A stretch of 64,000 nucleotides of DNA, taken from the NCBI RefSeq assembly GCF_963921235.1, contig NC_086108.1, positions 85,934,001 through 85,998,000 on the forward strand, read 5' to 3'. Source of the stretch: Mobula hypostoma (taxonomy: Eukaryota). Below, piece after piece: positions 35,707-48,365 of this stretch. A program made the position numbers and the translations under genes. Under the pieces are notes generated by a model. It had not been told where the DNA came from, did not search any database, and saw only the letters and a program-made list of their open reading frames with translations. Position 1 is the first letter of the stretch. Each line of letters opens with the position of its first letter.

Positions 35707-37960
35707 ATAAGAATATAAGAACATAAGAAATAGGAGCAGGAGTAGGCCATCTGGCCTATCGAGCCTGCCCTGCCATTCAATGAGATCATGGCTGATCTGT
35801 CAGTAAATTCAGCCCCATCTACCTGCATTTTCCCCATAACCCTTAATTCCCTTACTATGTAAAAACCTATCTAACTGTTTCTTAAATATATTTAGTGAGG
35901 AAGCCTCAACTGCTTCCCTGTCAGAGAATTCCACAGATTCGCCACTCTCTGGGAAAAACAATTTCTCTTCATCTCCGTCCTAAATCTTCTCCCCTGAATC
36001 TCGAGGCAATGTCCCCCAGTTCTAGTCTCACCTACCAATTGAAACAACTTTCCTACTTCAATCTAATCTATCTTTTTCAAAATTTTGTGTGTTTCTATAA
36101 GATCCCCTCTCATTCTTCTGAACTCCAGAGAGTTTAGTCCCAGGCGACTCAATCTCTCCGCATAGATTAACCCCTTCATCCCTGGAATCAACCTGGTGAA
36201 CCTCCTCTGCAAAGCCAGTATATCCTTCCTCAAGTATGGAGACCAGAACTGCACACAGTACTCCAGGTGCGGCCTCACCAGTACCCTGTATAGTTGCAGC
36301 ATGACCCCCCTGCTCTTGAATTCAATCCCTCTAACAATGAAGCCAACATTCCATTTGCCTTCTTAATAACCTGTTGTACCTGCAAGCCAACTTGTTGCGA
36401 TTCATAAACAAGCACTCCCAAGTCCCTCTGCACAACAGCATGCTGCAATCTTGCACCATTTAAATAATGATCTGCTCTTCTATTATTTCTTCCAAAGTGG
36501 ATGATCTCGCATTTACCAACATTGTATTCCATCTGCCAGACCTTGGTCCACTCACTTAACCTATCTATATCCCTCTGCAGACTTTCCACATCCTCTGTAC
36601 AAATTGCTTTTCCACTCAGTTTAGTGTCATCAGCAAATTTTGCTATGCTACACTCAGTCCCCTCTTCCAAATCATCAATGTAAATGGTAAACAGCTGCAG
36701 GCCCAGCACCGACCCCTGCAGCATCCCACTCACCACTGACTGCCAACTGGAGAAACACCCATTTATACCAACTCTCTGCCTTCTATTGGTTAACCAATCC
36801 ACTATCCATGCCAATATACTTCCTCCAACTCCACGTATTCATATCTTATTTATAAGTCTCTTGTGCGGTACCCTATCGAACGCCTTCTGGATTTCCAAGT
36901 ATATGACATCCACCTGTTCCCCTTGTGACGAGAATACACATAAATTAAGATGTTTGCTGGCCTGGGCTTGCACCAGTGGCATCAGCAGTGGTCTGCCACC
37001 TGTCCTCAGGGGAAGGAGAGATAAGGAACAATGAAGCAGCATCTGGAGATGTGTAATGAAGGGACGGGAGAGAGAGCTGTCTGGAGCGGCTCCCCCTTTG
37101 AACCCTGAACAGTTTGAAGTGATGGACAGGCGATACCCCAGCAGGGGGATAAAAAGGGACAGGTTCGCTAAGGCAGGACACACACGACACCCCGAGGTAA
37201 CGAGACCCTGGAAACGGTGCGCCTCTCACGAGTCGGTGGGAAGTATCGGATCCTTAAACGCACAGGGTGGAAAGGTACGATCAGCGGGAACCCGGTGTGC
37301 GTCCACCCTCGCTTGGGTGCCGGGTTCACTGCAGAGGATCGACCGCATCTGGAGGAGGGGTCACAGTCGGTGACCTCAGGTGACATCACAGAGGACACGC
37401 CCGAAAGCTGCTTGTGAGCAATATCGCCGGTCTGTGAGTGGAAGCCGTTTCTGAATGATCAGTCGTTCTCATTCTCTCTCTCCCTCCCCCCACATTGTCC
37501 ATTGCCATGGCAACGATTACTGCGAACTGAACTAAATTGGACTGAACTTTGTGTCACTTTGAAATTGGTCATTTACCTCTAGCCAACGATAGAGCTTGAT
37601 TGATGCTGTTATCTTAATTCTGTGCACATGTGTGTTTATCATTGCTGAACTGTTGCATTTATTATCCTTTCGATTACTGTGTTGCTTGTTTCTTTAATAA
37701 AACTTTCTTAGTTCTAGTAATCCAGACTCCAACTGAGTGATCCATTTCTGCTGGTTTGGCAACCCAGTTACGGGGTACGTAACACCTCTATCCACTGCAC
37801 TCATTATGCCCTCAAAGAACTCCAGTAAGTTTGTCAAACAGGATCTGCCCTTTCTGATTCCATGCTGCATCTGTCTAACAGAACTATTCCTTTCTAAATG
37901 TTTTGCTATTTCTTCCTTAATGACAGCTTCAAGCATTTTCCCCGACTACAGACGTTAAGC
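35707..37960 (-). mobile_element. CR1 LINE interrupted by a solo LTR
   Basis: RT ORFs 36063..36814 and 37694..37936; AVDRG|EQVDVIY is split by the LTR. Confidence 0.92.
36924..37784 (+). mobile_element. Solo LTR (861 bp)
   Basis: TGTGACG...CGTAACA termini; GATAAAA TATA-like motif; AATAAA near 37696; CCT on both flanks; second copy at 52565. Confidence 0.88.
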
Positions 37961-38789
37961 GAACTGTTTAATGTCTCTTCAAGGCCACAGTTTAATGTCT
38001 CCTCTTATCCCTCCTGTACTTGGTCATTTCAGAGGGTAGAAAGGAACCATGTCAACAAGATTGGAACCAGATGGACTTTAATGACAATCTGGTAGTTCAA
38101 ATTGACCATCACTGCCTCTAATATTTTTATTCCAATTTAATTTAGTTATGTGAACTTAACTCAGCTAGCTGCTCAAGGATTATTTGAACTCATATTTCTG
38201 GATCAATAGGCTAGGCCTATAAATGGCAGTATATGAATTAATCTCAATTGGACCCTACACCCAAATTCATTAGTAAGCTTGACAGAAATTTCTGCATTTT
38301 TCATTCTTGAACAAGAGTAATTCCAGTATTCATTGCTTACATTTCCTTTGATTCACAAAGGGCTATGCAATCAAACCACAACAGCTAACATCAGAAATAA
38401 CAACATGATTGTAGCATGATCATTCCAGGATGATTTACAAGAACTTTACAAGCATAAGATATTCGGGAAGATTTGTAATATCTTGGTCAAAGAGGTAGAT
38501 CTTAAGAACTATAGAAGAAAAGAATTTAGTGAGAAAATCAGTAATGCCTAGAAACTGAAAGCAATTATCAGATTTCCAGCACTGAGGGTGCACAGAAATC
38601 ATGGAGTGTTGAAGGATCCTAATAGCTAATAGAATGTTGGGGCCTTTGAGAGATTTGTAAGTAGCAAGTGTAGAGTAATTGCAAGTAGCTTTAGCCAAAT
38701 CTTCATTTTTGAAATACAATTTCTTTTTCATTTTTTCCCCAATTGCTTTTCTATCATTGTGTCTGAAGTAGCCGGAGATTCAAAACGTA

Positions 38790-39000
38790 CTATATTCAGA
38801 AGTTAGTTCTTTCTCCGTCATTCCACATTTAGTTATATTGACTAAGATGACTAAAACACTTGTAAATTAACCTTTGATGATTGCATAATCTAGAAGGTTG
38901 TGTTCTAAACAGGTTTTAAATAAGGATGATAGCATACGATATCTATGAAAGTACTGTTCTATCCTTAAGATTAATATTGTAAGTTAATTACAGTATTTTG
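38790..39000 (+). repeat. About 200-bp unclassified direct repeat, copy 1
   Basis: Aligns by eye with 42058-42260. Confidence 0.85.
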
Positions 39001-40047
39001 TATGTGCAGTTAGGTGCAAATAGATTCACCAAATGTAAGAAATTTTTGGTTTCTTGCTGTGAGCAAACAATCTACTGTATTGGGCACATAACTGTATTTT
39101 TGCTACAACTTCTATTATCAACGACTATTGTCAGTAACATGTAAAGCATTCTCAGCTTTGTAACGCCTTCACACACAATGCACACAGACAATGAATGGAA
39201 TTGCAAAATTGATCACAAAACACAATTGGGGCTTCCACGCATGCACACATCTTAAAATGAAATTGAGTTATTGGTCTTGTGAGTATGGTGGATCAATGCA
39301 TAGATGACTTTTGGTACAGAGGGATAATAGCATTTGGTGTCTGATGCACCTTTGATATCACTGCTGCAATTGCGAAGTGAGCATTTGCACCAGGGGAAAT
39401 AGCTTCCTGTTGGGTCTTGACCAGAAGCTGGATGTTGATGTGGTCATGACCACAATTCATAAGGATGCCCATACCTGAGCTCTTGTGTGGAAACCAACAT
39501 TGAAGACAAACATAGACTAAACGACTAGTTTTCGATTTTTTTTCCAGAGCTGGGTCTAAATACTCCAATGTTCTCCTAGAACTTCTGACAATATGATGCC
39601 GGATAGTCTAAAATGGGAAGTGAGTTGCTGGTTTCTGCATCTGTCCATAAGACCATAAGACATAACAGCAGAAATAGGTCAATCAATAATCAAATTTCTT
39701 CAAGTTCTAGGTCTCATTGTCTCCTTGTGAAACTGAATCCTTGCTTTTCTCACTTGCAGGCCCCAGTCAGTTTGGATTAACAACATCTCCTCCACAATCA
39801 CCATCAGCACAGGTGCACCACGGGGCTGTGTACCTCACCTCCACTCTGTTCGTTTCATACTTATGACTGTGAGGCTAGGCAAAGCTCCCATGCCATTTTT
39901 AAGTTGGTTGACAACTCAATTGTCATTTGGCTGAATTAAAGGTGGTGACGAATCAGCGTATAGGAGGGATTTGAAAATTTGCCTGAGTGGTGTAGCAACA
40001 ACAACCACTCACTCAATGTTAGCAAAACCAAGGAGATTGTCATTAAC

Positions 40048-40212
40048 AAGAGATGCAGAAAGTCCAAGCAACACACGCAAAATGCTGGAGAAACTCAGTA
40101 GACCAGACAGCATCTATGGAAAAGAGTGCCGATGACTTTTCAGGCCGAGATCCTTCAATAGGACTGGAGAAAAGAATATGAGGAGTAGAGTTAAAAGGTG
40201 GGGTGGGGGGGG
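40048..40212 (-). mobile_element. Penelope terminal fragment with 16-bp TSD
   Basis: TSD GGAGATTGTCATTAAC (40032-40047) / GGAGATTATCATTAAC (40213-40228). Confidence 0.8.
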
Positions 40213-40877
40213 GGAGATTATCATTAACTTCAGGAGGAGGAACCCAGAGGTCCATGAGCCAGTCCTCAATGGGGATCAAAGGTGGAGAGGATCAGTAATT
40301 TTAAATTCCTCTGTGTTATCATTTCAGAGGATCTGTCCTGGGTCCAGTATGTCTTTACGAAGAAAGCACAACAGCTTTACTTTTTTAGAAGTTATCCAAG
40401 ATTCGGCATGCCATCTAAAACTCTGACAAGCTTCTATAGATGTGGTTGAGAATATATTGATTGGTTGCATCATAGCCTGATATGGAAACACCAATGCCCC
40501 TGTATAGAAAATCCTACAAAAAGTAGTGATTTGGCCCAGTCCATCATGGGTAAAGCTCTTTCCATTATTGAGCATATCTATATAGATTGCAGCATCCATC
40601 ATCAAAGACCTTTACAACCCAAACAATGCTCTCTTCTCACTACTACCCGCAGGAAAAAGATACAGGAGCTTCAGGACATGCACCACTAGGTTCAGGAACA
40701 TTATTACCCCACAACCAACAGGCTCTTGGGCTAGAGGGAATAACTTCACTCACTCTATCTCTAAACTGTTCCTACAACTTACAGAGTCACTTTCAAGGGC
40801 TCATTCATCTCATGTTCTCTATATTTACTGCTTATTTATTTATTATTATTATTTTTTTTCTTTTTCTCTTTGTATTT

Positions 40878-41835
40878 GATAGGTGGCTTTGTGGCTAAGT
40901 TTGCTGACGATACGAAGATAGGTGGTAGTGCTGAGGAAACAGAGAGTCTGCAGAGAGACTAGGACAGATTGGAAGAATGGGCAGAGAAGTGGCAAATGAA
41001 GTACAATGTTGGAAAGTGTATGGTTATGCACTTTGGCAGAAAAAATAAACGGGCAGACTATTATTTAAATGGGGAAAGAATTCAACGTTCTGAGATGCAA
41101 CGGGACTTCGGAGTCCTCGTACAGGATACCCTTAAAGTTAACCTCCAGGTTGAGTCAGTGGTGAAGAAGGCGAATGCAATGTTGGCATTCATTTCTAGAG
41201 GAATAGAGTATAGGAGCCGGGATGTGATGTTGAGGCTCTATAAGGCGCTGGTGAGACCTCACTTGGAGTACTGTGGGCAGTTTTGGTCTCCTTATTTAAG
41301 AAAGGATGTGCTGACGTTGGAGAGGGTACAGAGAAGATTCACTAGAATGATTCCAGGAATGTGAGGGTTAACACATGAGGAACGTTTGTCCGCTCTTGGA
41401 CTGTATTCCTTGGAGTTTAGAAGAATGAGGGGAGACCTCATAGAAACATTTCGAATGTTAGAAGGCGTGGACAGAGTGGATGTGGCAAAGTTGTTTCCCA
41501 TGATGGGGGAGTCTAGTATGAGAGGGCATGACTTAAGGATTGAAGGGCGCCCATTCAGAACAGAAATGCGAAGAATTTTTTTTAGTCAGAGGGTGGCGAA
41601 CCTATGGAATTTGTTGCCACAGGCAGCAGTGGAGGCCAAGTCATTGGGTGTATTTAAGGCAGAGATTGATTGATATCTGAGTAGCCAGGGCATCAAAGGT
41701 TATGGTGAGAAGGCGAGAGAGTGGGACTAAATAGGAGAATGGATCAGCTCATGATAAAATAGTGGAGCAGACTCGATGGGCTGAATGGCCTACTTCTGCT
41801 CCTTTGTCTTATGGTCTTATGGTCTTATGGTCTTA
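40878..41835 (+). mobile_element. CR1 3' fragment
   Basis: FADDTK, ORFs 40969..41673; tail (TCTTATGG)n. Confidence 0.94.
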
Positions 41836-42057
41836 TTTGCACAGTTTGTTGCTTTTATTGTTCATTGTTTTTTGTAATGTTGGATATTTTCTTTCATTGA
41901 CTCTATTGTGTTTCTTGTATTTATTGTGATTGCCCACAAGAAAATGGATCTCTGGTGGCATATATGCACTTTGATAATAACTTTACTTTCAACTTTGTCA
42001 TTTGGACCATCGAGTCTTCTGGTCAGGACAATAGATTTGACCTGAGCTTCAAAACAT

Positions 42058-42260
42058 TCTATATTCAGAAGTTAATACTTCCTCCATCCTTCCACATTTT
42101 GTTAAGTTGACCAAGATGGCTTAAGCACCTGTAAATTAACCTCTGAAGATTGCATAATCCAGAAGGTTGTGTGCTCAACAGGATTTAAATAAGGGTGATA
42201 GCATATCTTTGAAAATGTTGTTCGATCCTTTAATGTTGTAAGTTACTTACACTATTTTAT
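42058..42260 (+). repeat. About 200-bp unclassified direct repeat, copy 2
   Basis: Aligns with 38790-39000. Confidence 0.85.
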
Positions 42261-42759
42261 AAACACCACATGAGCAGACAAACTTTTTTTTAGTATTTAT
42301 GAGTTCCAATTTACTGTTCCCTTTTTAAAATTACTTGGGCCTACTCTGCATAACCAAGCTGAGTTACTTCTATCCATGGCTTCTTGCATCTCTCCCCTTC
42401 AACCTAAGGACAAAGTATCAGGTCTAATGTGCAGCATCAATTTAGCATGCACTCCATAATTGGTCTGTTTTTAATGTCAGTGATTGGAAATCCACAAATA
42501 CTCATCATCTAGACTGAGTTTCATTGAAAAGTACAAACATACATTTACAATATAATGTCAGTAAAATATTCACTGTGATTATATTCCTCATTCCACTGTT
42601 CCATTCACATTAGCAACGTTAAGCTTATTTCAGATGGCAACAAGAGTCAATGAGGTAATGTATCTGAGGCGATCTTCACAGATTTTATTAAGGATTTGAC
42701 AACGCACATGGAAACATGATTAAATTTGGCAAAATCCATTTATAAAACAATTTTAATAT

Positions 42760-43110
42760 GATAAAATGACTTGAGGTGCTCCAAAAGAGCACTACCAAGG
42801 AAAGAACAGACAACAAACCACATGGAGAGATTTCAAGGCAGATGTGCAATTGATTATTCAATGTGATAAATGTTGAGCTGTGTAATTAAAGATCAAGAGT
42901 AAAATTTGGAGAATCAAAGAAGATTAATGAGAGGATTTCAGAGCTTAGGATACAGGTGACTGATGGCACAGATACCAGTGATGATGCTGTTATGTACAAG
43001 AATGACCAAAAGGCCAGAAGTGGAGGAATGTGGATATGCCAGTTCATTGGAGAAGGAGGAAATTACAATCCAGTGGGGGGGGGGTGGCTTTCAGATATTG
43101 GAATATTAAA
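42760..43110 (-). mobile_element. Ancient L2-like 3' remnant
   Basis: TTTCAGAGCTTAGG..CTGATGGCAC..AGGCCAGAAGTGGAGGA resembles the L2 3' region; weaker pieces at about 38540-38700 and 44800-45010. Confidence 0.45.
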
Positions 43111-43424
43111 ACTGAGGCAATAGTCCAAATTGTGCATTATTGAGAATGCTGACCATTCTGCCAATCACGTCTCCCTATCTCACTGGGCCCCACATCATAT
43201 CGGTCTCCACTATGGTTTGGATGGTAACTTGGTGGTATGCAATGTGTTCTAGAAGCCTTATTTCTAAAAAGCCCCACCAAATTTATCATCTCTGTAACAG
43301 CCATTTATGACTTACAAATGTTGAAAAGAATAACTTTAAAAAATAATTTTAAAACATAAAGCAGAAATTAAATACATGAATGCACATAAACTATTGAAAA
43401 ATGATAAAAAAAAACAAACTATAG

Positions 43425-43965
43425 AACATGAAAAGATTCTGCAGATGTTGGAAGTACTGAGTAACACACACAAAATTCTGGGGTAGCAAGTCAGGCAACG
43501 TCTATGGAGAGAAATACGAGGGGTGATTGATAAGTTTGTGGCCTAAGATAGAAGGAGTCAATTTTAGAAAACCTAGCACATTTATTTTTCAACATAGTCC
43601 CCTCCTACATTTACACACTTAGTCCAGCAGTCGTGGAGCATACGGATTGTATACGGAAAGTGTCCACAGCAGGGGTGATTGATAAGTTTGTGGTCTAAGG
43701 TATAAGGAGATGAGTTATACAGCTCTCATTACATACACATGCAGGCCAACTCTTTGAGTGATTATGCAGAAAGTTTGAAGTTAATAACTCACCTCCTTCT
43801 ACCTTAGGCCACAAACTTATCAATCAATCACCCCCCCCCCCTTAAACAGTCAACATATTTGGTTGAGTCCCTTCATGAGGACTGGAAAGGAAGAGGGAAG
43901 AAGCCAGAATAAGAAGGTGAGGGAGGGGAAGGAGTACAAACTGGCAGGTGATAGGTCGAACCAGG
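43425..43965 (-). mobile_element. Penelope terminal fragment split by a mariner-like MITE
   Basis: ..CTATGGAGAGAAATA | AACAGTCAAC.. is continuous across the MITE. Confidence 0.75.
43517..43842. mobile_element. Tc1/mariner-type MITE with three TIR copies
   Basis: TA flanks; TIR CGAGGGGTGATTGATAAGTTTGTGGCCTAAG; inner direct copy at about 43670; inverted copy at the right end. Confidence 0.82.
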
Positions 43966-44219
43966 TTTTCTTTCCCACAAGCTACAGTATTTTTTGGAAG
44001 AGTAACTAATGTTTCCCTTTATCATCCAATCGGTGTTCTGTAAATGCCACTGAAATCAGTAGGGTTTTGGATCCTGCATGACCTCTGACCCAATGCAGGA
44101 TGTCACAGTTCCTCAGTTCTATCAACAACAGCAGCCATAGCTCCATCGATAACTTATCATCATGACAACCCTGACCTTATCCCAATCACAGATTTTCCTT
44201 TTCTTCCATTGTGCCTTCC

Positions 44220-44670
44220 CTACCACGAGGTTCAAGGACACCTCTATCCTGCTGCTATAAGACTATTGAATGGTTTCCTGGTATGATAAAATGTGCACTC
44301 GACCTTCCAACCTACCTTGCACCTACCGGCACCATGCTTTCTCTGTAGCTGTTACACTTCATTCTGCAACGCACACAAAAAGCTGGAGGAACTCAGCAGG
44401 CCAGGCAGCATCTATGGAAAAAAAGTACAGTTGACATATCTGACCAAGACCCTTCATCAGGACTAGAAAGAATGAAGGGAAGTCAGGCAACACACACAAG
44501 ATGCTGGAGGAACTCAGCAGGCCAGGTAGCAACTATGGACCAACTTCATTCAGCATTCTGTTATTGTATTACCTTGTACTACCTCAACACACTATATAAT
44601 GATTTGTTCTGTAGGGACAGTATGCAAAATAGCTGTTTGCAGTACATGTGACAATGAAATACCAATTCCA
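44220..44670 (+). mobile_element. Rex1-like 3' fragment containing tandem Penelope ends
   Basis: TTRFKD..YPAAIRLLN-like; insert 44369-44542 flanked by ACTTCATTCTGCA / ACTTCATTCAGCA. Confidence 0.65.
44369..44542 (-). mobile_element. Tandem Penelope terminal fragments with 13-bp TSD
   Basis: Two direct copies of GCTGGAGGAACTCAGCAGGCCAGG; CTGATGA on the minus strand at 44454-44460. Confidence 0.8.
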
Positions 44671-45017
44671 AAGAGTCCTCAACACTCTGCTTTCATGGAA
44701 CGTGCCCAACCCACTGAGAGCTCCCATCAATTCCTGTGTTTTTTTTTTAGAGTTCCAGCATTTGTAACTTTTCAATGTTGATGAAGTTATGGTTCAGTTT
44801 GCGAGTTTGTGAGGCAGCAGAGATTTGGATGGTCTTTACATAAAGGAGAACAAGATGAGGAAACCTATTAGGATCCAATAGTGGGAGCAGAGGCCATGAA
44901 TGTGGGTCTCAGCAGATAAGCAGATGTGGGGTAGCATAGCAATATTACAGTGATGGGATTTAAGTGTTTTGGGTGATGACAAAGATCTGAGGTTCAAAAC
45001 TCAATTATTGCAAATAT

Positions 45018-45236
45018 TAAACACAAAAGATTCTGGAGATGCTGGAAATCCAGAGTAACACACACAAAATGCTGGAGGAATTCAGCAGGCCAAGCAACAC
45101 CTATGTCTCCTGGTGAAGGATCTTGGCTGGAAACATTGACTGTTTATAGGTCAGGCAGTATTTATGGAAATATATACATAGATATCTCCATAGGTGCTAC
45201 CTGACCAGCTGAGTTCTTCCAGCATTTTATGTGTTA
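45018..45236. repeat. Penelope-derived palindromic element
   Basis: AAAATGCTGGAGGAATTCAGC...GCTGAGTTCTTCCAGCATTTT inverted arms; CTGGTGA..GAAAC inside. Confidence 0.75.
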
Positions 45237-47189
45237 ACTATTTCAAATTGTCTAGTTTACTTTTAAACATCTGGCATAGAGAGGGAATTGAGTTTTTTGC
45301 CAGTCAAGAAAGATTCACACAGGTTAATCTCATTTTCCTGGACTTGCTCTATGGCCCTACAGGTTAAGGCACCAAAGAATACACCCATGTTCCCTTTATT
45401 TTGTTGAGCATTTCTCCCCAGCTACCCTTCCAGACAGTGCATTACAGACCCCTTTTCACTCAGCTCCCACTAATCCTTCCGCTAAATACTTCAAATCCAT
45501 GCCCTTAGAACCAGAATTGAATTGTGCTTTGTTTTTTTTAGCTGATGTACTAATCCTCAATTATAGAAAGACTGTGTTCCAGGAATAAATGTAAAAAAAA
45601 ATGCCACACTGGATCTCTAAAGATTGAGTTCCTGTTGAAGTGATATGTTGTCTCTTAAGCACTTTCATCTGTGTCATATTTTAAAATTAACTAACAGCTA
45701 ATGCAACCTTGGACTATTCAGCTCCTTTCACACAGATGCTTTATTGCTCTTGTGAATTGTACAAGAAAAAAGATGTGTGTGGATTGCTAATGGTGATTAC
45801 TGTATAACCACCTTCCAGAACTGCAGCTATTTATTTAACTTGTGAACATTTGCCATAGAAATTGACAAATTAGTGCCGTACTTTGGTGACAAATGCTGTT
45901 GCTATCCTCTGAGGTTTAGCAGATATTCTGAGCTCATCGCAGCTATTATCTATATGTCATTTAGCTATAACTTACAAGTAAAGAAAGATCTGAAGAGGTG
46001 AGATGAGTAATATCTTTCAAGCATCCACCCTCGAAGACATTTTCTAATCATGGTACTATATGACAGATTGATATTAAAAGATAGTCAGTCTTCCAGCGTC
46101 TTTCATAACTTATGTGTTTAAAGATATCTGACATTAGATAGACCCTCCACGGATGTTTTGCATGCTAATGTTGTTTTCTAAGATGAATTTAAAGTCTCCA
46201 CTTACTATTGAGCAGACTGCAGATGGAGAATCTTGCAACATGCAGTCAGATCCAGACTGTGCAAAAAGTAACTGGGAATGAAAATAACAAAGTGTCAAAG
46301 TACAGAAAATATTCAACTAGCATTTGCAATACTGAACTAACTTCGAAAGTTTTTCTTGAAACGTGAGCTTATTTTGATTTATTAGTTCTATTTTAAAGTC
46401 CTCGGTTGCAGTAAAAGACTAACTAGATGAGGAAGGAATATACAGTCTTAAATCCAAATTATTGAATCTGACAAACACTCTTTATTCCAATTTATTAAAA
46501 AACTTATTTGCACTCTGAGCATAGACAAATGAAAAACCAAATGGATTACTGGAAGATTATGAAATATTAAACTTCGGGTTATATTTAACACATTTCTACC
46601 TTCCTCCTGTGTTTATCAAAGTGCTGAAATGTTTCTCTGGTGCTTTGACTCATTAGTGCTTCTGTCTTGAGAAAATGATTAATCTTCAATGTACGGTTGG
46701 TCACTTTTAAATCATGATTTGAGCCCAGCAGTCCAAAGTGTTAAGGATCATTTTAATCAAGAGAAAGACTGAAAGGTTCAAGGAGGGAAGACGTGAGAAT
46801 AGAGTGTAGACAGCTGTTGGTATTACTTACAGTGGAGGAATCAAAATTGGGTAAGTGCATGCAATGGAAAAGTGCAGTCAAATTAGGGACTTATGTTGCT
46901 AGAGGACATTACAAGGTTCTCAGATCTGAAATTCTTTCCTTAAATCTCACTACTTCTATGCAATTTCTTCCTTCATTAGTACTTGGAAATCAATCTGGCC
47001 AAGCTTTCGAACACTTGTCAGAATGTGACCTAGCTTCAAATCTAACTTCATGATGCTGTTTAGAGTCTTCTATGGTGTTAATAATATTATAACTGCTAGT
47101 TTATATTGTTAGGCAATGATAAGCAACATTACCACATATATACAATTTGATTTATATTCTATATTTCAATTAATGAGGAATTTTGTTAG

Positions 47190-47420
47190 CTAGATGGTGG
47201 CGAATCTGTGGAATTCATTGCCACAGAAGGCTGTGGAGACTAAGTCACATTGGGTATATTTAAAACAGGGGTTGATAGGTTTTTGATTAGTAAGGGTGTC
47301 AAAGATTATGGGGAGAAGGCAGGAGAATGTGGTTGACAGGGATAATAAATCAGCCATGATGGAATTGTGTAACCGACTCAGTGGTCTTATCCTGCTCCTA
47401 TATCTTGTGGACTTATGGTA
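47190..47420 (+). mobile_element. CR1 3' tip
   Basis: VANLWNSLPQKAVE..KDYGEKAG plus 3'UTR. Confidence 0.85.
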
Positions 47421-48365
47421 GATAAAGGCCTGGTCTCAGTTTTTTGCATGTGCAATTGACTTGTTTGGTGGAATGGGAAGCCAGGGGGAAGTTTGGTGAT
47501 CAATGAGTTAGTCTATTCTTCCGTCTCTTTATCAAAGCATTCTTGAGGTTTAATCACATAAAGGGAAACATGTATAAATCCCTTTTTTAATTTTCAGTAG
47601 CATTTCACAATAATAAAGATCACCAAGTTAATACTGAGCTTCAATCAAAATGTTGACTACTTTTAAATTATAGTCTTAGAACTGTAATTTGATTTATTCT
47701 TTCATTTATATTCAGTTAACCACTCACTAAAGTTGTTCATTGATGAGGCATAAAACAAGCAATATAAAAAGAAATTTTCTCTTCTTCTGATCATCATAAT
47801 GTAATCACATATTTCAAAGCCTGTTAAAACTATTGTGATGGATAGTCACTGTACAAGGCTAGGGAGCCTTTGCTTTTTTTCCAAGCTCAGTTTTCCATCA
47901 TGGCAGCTGAAACTTCTAGAGATCAAAGAGTTGTTTGAATAAGTTAAACTTCCAACTAATATCCTTTGTTTAGCTTCTTGTCGTAAGTGGAAGCCAGTTT
48001 CAGCTCTTAATGTAAGTGGCAAGCAGTAATGAGTCTGAAGTTAAAAGGATAATTTTGGAAACAAACAGCACTGCATATAGAACACAGGCCCACAAAACCT
48101 GGGCTGACTACAAAAGAGATGCAGTGTAAGACAATGGGGTTATGTTAATAGACCAGTTTCAAACCAGACAATGCTGGCTATGTTACTTAGTTCAAGGAAG
48201 CACGCAGACCAGATTAATGCTATCACTTAGCACATGATATAGATGGTCTTCTAATAGTTGGAAGTTTTGTGTGCTCAAAGAGTCAGCTTCACAGCATTAC
48301 TCTACGGGATTCTGGGAACTCAGTTCCCAGAAGCTTTCAGGCTGTTTGCATAAAAAGTGCATAAC

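Larger units (their letters stand above)
39760..41997 (+). mobile_element. Rex1/Babar LINE, decayed, with Penelope and CR1 insertions
   Basis: TISTGAPRGCV, LNVSKTKE and later C-terminal motifs; 3'UTR resumes at 41835. Confidence 0.82.

Noticed and set aside
36839..37417. ORFs within the solo LTRs (also 52555..53106)
   Set aside because: No protein motifs, and indels between the two copies break the frames.
44369..44542. CRISPR-like direct repeats
   Set aside because: Only two Penelope-derived copies in eukaryotic DNA; no array or cas genes.
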